Assembly: GCF_022539665.2 (NCBI RefSeq)
Contig: NC_081331.1
Coordinates: forward strand, 13,392,001-13,456,000
Direction: 5' to 3'
Source: Daphnia carinata
Taxonomy: Eukaryota
DNA: 64,000 nucleotides
Within the stretch, counting starts at the first letter, position 1. Every line of letters starts with the position of its first letter. A program made the translations under genes and the position numbers. This document shows positions 48,651 to 59,859 of the stretch, piece after piece. Under the pieces are notes generated by a model. It was not told the DNA's origin. It did no database searches and worked only from the letters and a program-made list of their open reading frames with translations.

Positions 48651-50508
48651 CATGTGTCAAAAATTCCGATGGCAAATTTCCCAGGCATGTTCCAGAGTGG
48701 AAAAAGAAAAATGGAGAAATATTCTTGTTTCATCTTCGAGTTTTGTGTTTTATTTTTTTTTTTCGTTTGTTGATTTACCGACAGCTGTACGTGTGTGAGA
48801 GGGCGCGCGTCTTTCTCTCTCGGAGACAAAAAACTCCTCCCCATCCTGGTTGATCCGTCCGTAAATCAATCCGCTGCCCTGTCATTAACTAGCGTTAAAC
48901 ATTCATGCGGCTGTTTGACCAATTGTCTGCATGCGGCAACCCTCAGCAGCCAACATTTTTTAATATTTCTCTTTTCTTAAGAGGAACTACGCGGCCCGCT
49001 CTTGGCCCCAGTCTTTTGCCCGTCTTTAAAACTGGGGGTCTCATCGCGTTGCTGGCCAAAAAACATTTAAATACAAAATATACTCAAATACTTTGCGGGG
49101 TAATAGTCGACGATCCTCCTTTCTTTGTTGTTTTCCTATTTTTGTTTTCTATTCATCCGTTCTCGGCGTATACCTTGGCAGCCTTACTGGGAAGAAAAGA
49201 AAAAGAAGAGGGCCAGTTGACGACCTCATTTGCATAATGAAGGCAAGACTCGAAGGCTTCAATTTAGTCATTAAAACTCATATCGAACACGGTTGTAGAC
49301 ATCCCTTCAAAGCGGCTTATTCTTATCCGAGTCCCGCGTGATTATCGACATGCCAAACAGTGACGTCACAACCTTTTCCAAAATGATTCGCTTTTTATAT
49401 TTGGTTTCCCCATTTTCGGTGCGTTTGCATTAAAAAGGAAAAAAAAAAAAAAAATAAGCGCAGGGCCCATCAATATCTTGCTCGTTCACAGTTGCTGTCA
49501 GTTCCATAAACCATGGATCACGGTACAAACTTTGTTGACTTGTTTATTCAAATCAGCTTCGCTCCGCCTCATCGGCCGCTGTCTTGCTTCGAATTTTTCT
49601 GTTATTTTTATGTCAGAATATTTTTTTTGTTTTGTTTTTTGTTTCTTCTTGATTTCGGATGCGGTTTCAACGGCATTTTTCTTCCCTATTTTTAAAACAA
49701 ACAATGGCGATAGGGTCGTAATAATTTAACTAGCGCCGTCCAATTGTCTGGTGCCGAAGAACAATACCGGCAATGGAAATAGGCGGACGATGAAAAGTGG
49801 CTAATGAGAGTCTAATTCCGAATACAATATATATACCCTTTTCTTTTTTTTTTTTTTTGTTTAAACAAAACAAAATACCCAATCAGGCCATCATCATAGC
49901 GATCCATCCTCCCACCTTTTCCAGGTATTTTACCTATACAATAGCGCAAAAAAAAAAATGGTTATAGCGAGACAAGAGCGAATCCATTTGTGAAACAATT
50001 GATCTCCCCATAACCTTCTATTTCTACCCCATAGTATATCGAGGCTTTTCTTTGTCTTTCACATGAATGAGGGGTTGCATTTTTTTGCTTTCTGAAAAAC
50101 TGGCAGACCACCGTAAATTTGAAACCCCTTCGATCGGCTGTCATTTATCTCGGAAGAGGAGGGTCTGTGTAACGATGGAACAAAAAAAAAAAATAGGCAA
50201 CCGCTATTTTTTTTTTTTCCAGGAGACTTAATGAATTCTTTTTGCCTTGAAGAAGGGAAATGTCTAATCTATAAAAGCTTAAAAAGAAGAGGAAAAAGGA
50301 GGGATTTTCACTCCCCCCTCCACCCCTACTTTAGAAAGAAGAGAGAGAGAGCCGATAGATTGATTATTTCACTCAGAACGTTTTAAAAGTTATGGCTGCT
50401 GGAACTCTTCTTCGCTATTAACGAACCAAGTCGAAAATGCATAAAATCCAGTAATGAATCGAATCAACAAAGAAAATCAATGAAGTTAATATTTTTTCAA
50501 ACTATATG

Positions 50509-50528
50509 TATATATATATATATATATA
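50509..50528. repeat. (TA)10 microsatellite
   Basis: Read directly. Confidence 0.85.
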
Positions 50529-53500
50529 CATACAAACATTTTTGAATTTCGAGTGTGTTGATGTGTTTATTATGCAGCATTGCTTTTCCCTTTTAAATAA
50601 TAAAAATAGATTCTGTACTAATGCTTAAATACATCAAGATCATCCGGAGCGATACGCGCTTTCTGCAGGAAATCTACGTGAATTAGCATTGGCTGAATTT
50701 AGGATGGTTGAAAAGAAAAGCACATCGTGTTGGATTCGACACTTGCGTTCGATGTGCCACGGCCCGTTGAACGCAGCGGGACACGGCACGAAACTGAACA
50801 CGAAAAATGCCGAGTTTTTATATTTATTTTTCTTTTTCTCTCTTTCCATTTCATTCTCTTACTCGTCTTCTTTTTTTGTGTGTGTGTGTTGTTTTTATTT
50901 TCCTTTGTGTTCGGGATGCCTCAACATTCCGATCTCACCTATGGAGAACATTCAAATTAGTTGCGTTAAGTGCAGATCTGTATACAGCGGCACCACCAAC
51001 AACAACCGTTGCCTCTCCGCTGCGCCCCCTGATTTATTGGACATTTTGCCCTATTGATTTAACATTTCAAATCCATTACGACCGTTGCTGGTATTCAACC
51101 GTATCGCAATGTCGCATCCGCAAAAAAACAAAAAAAACTAACGTATTTAATGATTTACAGACTACAGAAAACAAATTTTATATTCATTATTTTTGTTTTA
51201 GAATTGTGTTGTTCTTATTATTATCCAAGGTTGATTTGATTCCTCAGCTTTTCGTCAATCTATTCGTAAAGATCAACGCCCGCTTGTTATGCTCGTTAAT
51301 TCATTCTGTCAAGGAAATATAAAAAGAAAAATAAAGGCAGTTGAATGAATCCCCTGTAACTGATGGAGATGTTTCCATCATAGCCCTCCGTAATTAACTT
51401 TGATGGGATTGCCCAAGCGTGCTGTACATAAACACCGTGTGTGTGTGTGTAGGTGTACCTGCACGTTATAGCCAACGAGAAGAAGAAACGATTGAGAACG
51501 CGGCCGCGATATATAGGACGGCCCGATCAAGATGCGAGTTGTGCGTGCTCACCGAAAGCTCTGGGTACCATCCAGCCCAGTGAATATATACACACACAAG
51601 ATCTAGTACGTTATACGCTCCAGGTTAACACACATTGGCCGAAGGAAGAGAGGGGCCTGACTTTGGGAAAAAGCTGTGAGGCGTGCGATCATTGCTTGTC
51701 TTGATCTGTCATCATCGATCACCTCGTCTATCACGATTCAATCAACTCGCTGGATACTCGCACGATTGGTGGTTTTCTATTCTCTCCGCCTCTTTTTGTT
51801 TTCCTTATTATGATTTTTTTTTTTTTGCTTTTCAATATGCCTTGCGAGGTGTTCCAGCAGTTTGAGGCGGCCAGACGAGATCGTCTTGATTGAAAATATA
51901 CCGAACGAGAAAAGAGAACGGAAAAGTGATTTTCTTGCATCATCGATGAAGCGTCATGACAAAGCAGATTTTCTAAATCATTTTTCTTTTGGTCGTTTGA
52001 AGGCTTTTTTTTTTTTCGTGTTGTTTATAGCAAAAAAAAAAAAAAAACCTTCATCAGCCACTTTGAGTCGCACCACACGGGGCTCCAGTGACTCGTCTTC
52101 ACTCCTCCCGCCCTAATTCGTTTACATAAGAAAATGTTCATCTTTTTTTTTTCTTTCTTTGCTAACAATGTTTCCTGATGATTTTCCAAACGGCTCGTTC
52201 AAACAAACACACGCCCCTCATCAAAAAGTCCCTGTGTGTTCAACCTTATTCAAACATTTTTTTTCTTCTTCTTCTTTAGGAGTTTTTTGGTTGTTTCTCC
52301 CCAATTTTGTTTTACAATTCACGAACGACATTGTCTCCGGATTCGAGGGGGCGTGTTTCCGTACGTGTGTGTCGGTTCGGGGAGGGCTTATTTGCGTGCG
52401 TTGCGAACCAGAGAAAAACTCTTTCACAAGGCAAACTTGTTTTTGTTGGCTCTCGTCGTCCCTTAAAGCTAATCCTTCTGGCGGAAATGCATGGCACATT
52501 GGGGAAGGATTGATAACAGCGCAGAAAAATAACGCCCGATTTGGACAGCTGCCAACAAGCGCTTCAAAAAAAAAAAGTCCAGGGCCGCACGGCTATAATC
52601 CAAATCCAATCTGATTTTTATCGTATCAGTGCAGCAACAGCTCTGGGCGACAAACGATATGTACAGTCACAACAGATTCGTATCTGTTGAACACGTATGG
52701 AAAGAAGCGATTCGATAGATAGAAGAAATGTAATGCCATTCGAAAATGCGATCAAACATTTGATGAAATTTCGGAATGGAAAACAATGGCCGAATGCAAT
52801 TTCATTTTACACAAAATACATTTGTACTTGTACAATAGGCTGCTGTATCTCTGTGAAATATTAGTGCTGCGAGATAGGCATCGGCCCTGGCGTTGAATAA
52901 TAATAGACTGGCAAAGTAAACAGTGCTGGAATTTATACATCTATATGTGCGTATTCTCAGCTGTCGTGCTGCTACGTGGTGTATGTATATATATATAGTG
53001 TTCAGTATTCATTGAAAAGATTTGTGGAGAGAGAAGATACTATTACTGGAACAACAAGAGAAAAGACCTCATTTCAATTTTCTGAAAAATGTTCTTTCCA
53101 TTCTTTTGCCGGTATGTAGCACCTTATGGAGGTGGTTTGTGTGGTTCAGAAAGAGGGGGGAGTGTGTGTGTGTGCAGATGAATTTTTCTTTCTTTTTTTT
53201 CATATTTATTCTATTCTTCTTTTTACTTCTTCAGCTTGTGCTATAGTCTCTTTTGTCATCCTCTTATCTGCGACTACTCATCTGGCTGGGGGTCCTTATT
53301 TTTTTCTTCGTGTGTCCTTTTCCCTGTTCACCCCCATTGAGTTCTGTCTCTCCTTTTGGTATACACACTTCACGCCAGAGAAGACGCCAGTTCCAAAACA
53401 CAATAGGAGAGAGACGACCCATTGTGCTGGAGACTCCACCTTGGGTCAACCCGAATCAATCGAGCGCACAGCTTCCAGAATTTTTTTGTTAACATTTCCA

Positions 53501-56500
53501 TTTTTTTTTTTTATTTGTTTGTGTTGGTAAAGGTTTCCCTTTTCTCTTTTCGTCCAAACCCGAACAACACCAATAATAATCCGACTGGAAAAGTTGTGTT
53601 CCAGTCAACGATTTTTTTTTTCTGTCGTGTGGTTGTCGTTTCTTTTAATTTTTCTGCCCATTTTGGTTGAATACTTGTGTTCTTTCACTTCCCATAAAAA
53701 TGAAAGAAGAAAGAAAAAAATAACGACTGCGTCCCCAACAGTGTCAACTTTGGCATGGCCAGTTACAAATCAATTTCCTTCCCAATTTTCATGACCCTGT
53801 TCTTAACGGCGGAGACATTTCCGTTTGCCAGGGTTTAACGTTATTGCTTGTCGTATAAACCGACGACCGAAAATGAATGGACAAAGAGTTAGAACTAAAA
53901 GAAAAAACTAACGTTATGGCCTTTAACGTAGAGAGACAGCTCTACGTTGCGTATAGCTATCGAAATCGTAAATCTGCTCATCTCTTGTTTCCTTCTTACT
54001 TTTGGCATTTTATTTTGTCTACGAAGTCCCGAAGACGAACTAGAAATGTCTGTTGCAGCACGAACGGACGGGGTGTCATTTGAACATCTTTCATCGGTGT
54101 GTTCCCTTGAAAGATGTTTGCCATGTTTACCTTACATGGAACGCAAAAAACACAGTCTGTGAAGTGTATGGGCCATAGGGTACGCCCGTGGTTTTGATGG
54201 AGGTTTGAGAGGTTTTGACCGAGTATCTTTTCCTACGTCTGTCTTTGGAATGTCCAGGTGGAATGGCGGACAATCTGTATACGACGTCCGGAGTGAATAA
54301 GAACGAGCCACACGCGGAGACAGAGTGAGATAGAACGTAAAAGGGTATGATGGTTTAAAATAAAAAAAGACGCACATTTCAATACATGTATGCAAGGTAA
54401 ACAAACCGCAGCAGGAGCGTTCATCTTTCGAAGGCTGGAACACAAAAAAAAAGGGGGGAATAGCAAAGAATTGCTGTGAAGTGGATGACGGACTGGCCAC
54501 GTACACTGTAAAAAGTGTACATACATCTATGTAAGTTGGTGTATATCAAAAAAAGGTGGAGGACCTCCTGTCGCGAGCGCCGCTGTTAAAGGTCGAACTG
54601 GAAGAAGAGAGGCTTATGCAGCGGGGCTTGAGGATTCCTGCCGGGAAAACAAACATGGCCACTCTTAAAAAGAAAGAACCCAATAGTCCTTATAGCCTTT
54701 GGAACAACAACCCACAGGATACTATTCGGCACTATTCATCATTGAAATATTTCCTCCGGTCCTTATGTTTTATTTATTTATTTACATTTTTAACCTCCCC
54801 CTCTTTCATTCTTTTTTACGACTTCGCAGAGGGATAGAAAAAAAAGAAAGACCCACACAACTGTAATAATAATGGAGCTAGAGATTGAGGTGTGTAACGA
54901 CGTAGCCCGTGAATTTCAAACATTGTTCTTTGTACGTATCGACTTGTATTCCAGCTTTCAATCACGACTCAAATGACAGTTATGTGTGCCTACTTATTCA
55001 TTATGGCCAAAAACCAAACAATGCCAATAATGCAAACTAAAAGATATTTAACACAAAAAAAAATCTATTATTTGTCTTTTTCCCCCGCGTTTTTCAAACG
55101 CTTATCGAAGATGATCTTCCGCGTGCAGCGGGGGCGCGGCCAGGTGTTTGCGTGCGGGCCGCGAGGGGGGTTCAAACAGCAGGTGATATCAGTTGGGTTA
55201 TGTACACATAGCGGTGGATGAATATTTAAAAATGAAAGGGGGCGAAAATATGCAGTAACCCCCCCCCCCGCTCAGATATAGGAAATAAGGTAAGAAGGGG
55301 TGAGTCGTTAATGCGTGCTCGCAACACCAAGTCAGTTATTTCCAGAGACGACAAAACAGTTGTTCCACAAACACTTTGTATGTATTTCTCTCGCCTTGTG
55401 TGTGTTTTAAAGGCTTATATACGATTTCCCACGGCCGCGCACCACCGCCCTTTTCTTAACCTCTTGTATCCGATAAGAATAATTGTCATTCTGTATGCTC
55501 GGCATGGCAGGGAGGGGAGCTATAACCTGAGTGTAGGAGGTCAGGAATGAAATAGAAGATGAGTCTATGTAAGGTGGGAAGACGCATTCCACTGTCTCCG
55601 GGGAATGCGCATTTGTGCAATCATGTGGCTAGTGGTTTGTAACAATGAAAACAAACTATAGACAACAGTTGGGAGAGGGACAGTAATCGCAATAACAGAT
55701 TGGCAAACAGATGGCGAATTGAGCGAAAACGCTACCCCCGTTACCTCTCGTGCCTTTCCTTTATTTTGAATAAATGATGAGGCCTCTGTCCGGCCCTTAA
55801 TTGTCAGGCCACAAAGGACCGGAGAAAAACATACGGGGTAAAAAAAGAAAATGAAAGATCATTAGCATTTGGGGTGGGATGATGACGTGATCGAAGGACT
55901 AAAATGAGCAGCAGCTCTAGTTACAACGCTGATTATTTATGTAGCTATCCAAACACGCAACCTCGCGACTAGTTGATTGGGATTTTTGTTTGAAACAAAA
56001 AAAAAAAGAGCATCAACCCGCTTCTAGCGGTGTAAACATTTGCGCTAGCCAGTTCTAATCCATCCATCAACAGGGGCCGCTTATTCTTGCTGTGTGTTTG
56101 GGACAGATGAAACTATTTCTGCTGGGCAATGAATTTTCCGACAATGGATTGATCATCTCCTTTATACCTTAGGTGAAACTGCTACCTGTATCTGGTTGTG
56201 TGTAGCCAAAAAGAAAAAGAAAACCAACACGCCGTATACGTACATGTCTATCTCGCCTGAGTGAACACCACAACTTGAGGGCGCGCACTGGTTCCATATA
56301 AAAGAAAAGAAGGGCCAGCAAGCCAGCTTCAAGAAAATGATTATGTTCAAACAAGGTAAAAATGATGAACCAAAAAAAAAAATCAATCTCTCTTCTTCTT
56401 ATTCTATCCGGGTATGGAAAATAAATAAAAAAAGGGGGGGAAGTCTTGCAGAGAGAGAAAAATCTAAGCCGAGAGTTGATTTGTTTGCTCGAGCCCCCCT

Positions 56501-57487
56501 GCCTGGCTCAGCCGATGGGGCGGCAATGACTCGGCGTTCCGTTGATCTCTTATCTTTCTTCGCTCTACACATTTATATTCTCAATCCCAGCAAACACACA
56601 TAACAAATAACCCTTGTGTCTTTTTATTTTTTTTGTTTTCTTACTTCCACATTTTTGCTGCCCTTTTTCATTGACGTCCGTCTTTTAGAACGCGCAACAT
56701 TCCCCCGGTGATTATTCTCGTTTCTTATTGGCTACGTTCTTTTAATATGACGGAAGAACATTCTGGCCACACGTCACACAACGGCAACAAAAGTGACGGC
56801 AAATCGTTAAACATGCAGCTCATCAACATTCTTTTTGAAGCTATTCGTATGCGCCACCTCGGGTTTGCAAAAAAAAACAAAAATTCATGTACGCATATTC
56901 CGATTTTGTTGTTGTCAATGTGTTTTTGTTTTGCTGTTCTGCGCTTGCCAGTTGCTAATTTATGTTTGGTATTCCACAACGTTCCTTTACCTCCTCGCGC
57001 TTTCTAGATGGCTTTGATGGCTGCCAACTAGTCGACTGCGTTCTCGCTGCGGATCTCGTTGATTTATGTTGTCGGGAAAAACGCCGTGGCAGTCAACTGT
57101 TTTTCTCTTTGAGAATTTTTAACGCATCAGCATGACTGCACCTTCTCTATATTTCTTAACAAGATGCTGAAGGGGAAAAGGGGGAGGAACTATCTCAAAA
57201 AGTTTGCGCAATTTTTTATTTCTTTTTCCGCTTAACGTCTTCCGGAATGTTTGGCCACGTTTGATATAGCGGACAATTCCGAGAACTGATGTCCAAAACT
57301 ACCATTCGTTATTCCTTTTTATTTATAGAAGATAAGGGCGTATTTGTGATATGAGACATTGTTGCCAACGTTGAGCGAACGCAAAACTTTGTCGCGAAAT
57401 ATGAAAGAGAGCTGTCTCTTATCGCTTCACAGTCCATCGATGTGTAAGTCTTTCGAAGCTGTAGCCGTGCCAGTTTGACGTTATAAG

Positions 57488-58059
57488 ATGTTCTTTAAAA
57501 GCGAAGTAAGTCTCCCCGCATTATTCCGCCAGTGGGTGTCATCATGTTGATTTTTTAATTATAGGTTATGATGCAAATTTTCGTGCTGCTTTTGATCCCA
57601 TGGATGTGCGCGGCTTGCACGGCAGTCAGCACGGACACAGCCGGCATTTATAATCCGGTGCTCCCACACAGGAGGATGCCGCAACACACCACATCGTGGA
57701 CGTACCCGTACTATTTTGATTATCCGTATCCCACGGTTGGCCAACAAACGAGCCGACGTTTATCGAATGTTGTGCCAGCGGCTCCGCAGAAACTCAACGC
57801 TTATTACCCGTATCGTTATCCTTATCCGTATCACTATCTGTATCAGAATCCGAGTCCGGTTTCGCCGGACTTTCACGCAGTCAATCAAGTCGAATTTATA
57901 GAGCCCATCGCATCGTCGGATTTTAGCGGCAACGCTTATTTCGGACGGCCTTGGAAGACGGGCCGATTGCATCCTCATCCCACCGTGACTATCCTGGGGC
58001 CAGGAGGAGCCGGAGGTGGTGGAGGTGACGGAGGCGCCGGATTTGGCGGCGGCGATTGA
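57488..58059 (+). CDS. Uncharacterised secreted Tyr/Pro-rich protein with Gly-rich C-terminus (~170 aa; exons 57488-57505 and 57565-58059)
   Basis: The 163-aa ORF (57568-58059) has GC-richer, homopolymer-free sequence, a hydrophobic signal peptide (IFVLLLIPWMCAACTA), YPY repeats and a GGAGGGGGDGGAGFGGGD end. A 59-nt phase-0 intron (GTAAGT at 57506 ... ttttttaattatAG at 57564) joins an upstream micro-exon MFFKSE in frame. Confidence 0.78.
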
Positions 58060-59689
58060 AAATTTGAATATTTTTTGTCTTGATGTTTTTAAAGTGAATT
58101 TGAAATACCTCCAATTGTGTATACTTATAATGATTGCTTGGTTAAACAAGTGATAAGATCGAATAACGTCTGCAATACGTGGAGGCTGTGTGTTTGTGAA
58201 GGAACTAGTCATCATCCCTACCCTTTCTTTTACACTTGGAACATCCCGTACGATTTTTTCCAGTTCAGAAATTTCAAAAATGGACAACGCAGTTGGTCCA
58301 GATGACGAGGTAGGAACGGAGAGAATGTTCCGTCAAACAATCTCAGGTGTGTACAGGAGGCTTATATTAATGGTTGGTGGTCGGTGGAGACGAGAGGCGT
58401 CCGATGGGGCGCCCGCCGTTCGAGTGTTGAGTCAACATCAGATTTCTTTTTTCCACCCTTGGACTCCATCTTCTATTCTTGGCCCTTTTTTTTTTTTCTT
58501 CTCAGCCCAAATCAACAAATACATTAAACGGCCACCTCATGTTTGCGAGGGGCGATGCTCCTCTCGTCGTTTGTCGAGTGGCCCATCGCCGGAACGTTCC
58601 ACCGACTGCCGCCTCTTGCGCGCAAGCAAATAGACACAAGTCAAGAAGAGACCGCTGCCCACTCGGTCTTGTCCGCGATGAAATATTAATGAGCAGTTGA
58701 TGATATTTATTTATTGTCAGAACGAAAATGTAAAGAAAGACTTCTTCGCTTTTTTTTTGTTTAGAAAAAAGAAAAATCCAACGAGGAATAAGGGGAGAAA
58801 CCAGTTTTCTTTTATTATGTTTCTCTTCTCTCCTTTCGGATGGTTTATTTATTTTTTTTTTTTTCGTTTCTCGATCTACTGGCAAATAGACGAAGGACGA
58901 CGTAAATTCACTCTTCCATGTTGGAGTTTAAATAAATATTCTGTGAAGCTGCAACGAGCGCCAGTTCTCCCAACTATCTATGTGCAACCTTTTACCTCCA
59001 CCGTGGCCATCGGATCGGATGGAGGAGGCCCGAAAAGTCAGCACTTTGATCGTAAATTATATGCTGTTTAGTTTCGGTTGAGCAACTCTTTTTTTTTTAT
59101 TATTTAAAAAAAAGGGAAGAGAGGTGAGCGAGAGAGGGAAATATGAAACCTCGAGCTCACCTCAGTTCCTCACCTGGGCACAACGGGAGGCTCTGGGCCG
59201 ATGCTGGTGCCAATTAATTCAGCGCGCCCTCTCTTGTATCCGAAATTCAAATTTGCCTTTTCTTTATTGTATCCCTTCACAACCAAGGAAAAAAACATAA
59301 AAATAAACACCAAAAAAAGGAGAGTGGTCGGTTGCGCTTTTTAAAAGAAATTTGAATAAGGAGCGCGCGCAGCATCGGCTACGGAATGATGATCCAGGTG
59401 TTTCAATACTTTATTCCTGGCCAACCATAGATTAGAGTATAGGCCTATGTGTAACATAACGTGCTGGCTCGTTTCTCCTATACACACAAGACAAGCTTAT
59501 ACATAAATCTTTAAGCGCCTTTCTTTTCCTCCTGCTGAACAAACATTAGAATGAAATTAATTCAAAAAAAAGCAGTAGAAGTTTGTTTTTTCTTTCACGT
59601 CATTGTCACGATATTTTCATTCTACAACGCAGCACGAAATATGAAATACACAGGCACATAAACAACTGAGACTTTAAAAACAAAAAATT

Positions 59690-59859
59690 GAAAATTCCCC
59701 AATTTTCTTTTGTTGAAAATGATGTTGATGTCTATACCGATGGCTGGGAAGAAGTCCTCCTGTGGGAAATTTCCGCAACAGATTTATGGAGTTTTGCTTG
59801 GATTATACATGTCGAGAGATGAGGGCAAAAAAAAAAAAAAAAAGGAAGGGGGGATTCCC
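59690..59859. promoter_or_regulatory. Cluster of three NF-kB/Rel-type sites (candidate enhancer)
   Basis: GGGGAATTTTC (minus strand, 59690-59700), GGGAAATTTCC (59764-59774), GGGGATTCCC (59850-59859). Motif match only. Confidence 0.4.

Noticed and set aside
58117..58633. ORFs just downstream of the secreted-protein gene (one containing HHPYPFFYTW)
   Set aside because: No ATG-initiated signal peptide or usable splice connection found; resemblance to the upstream protein is only compositional.
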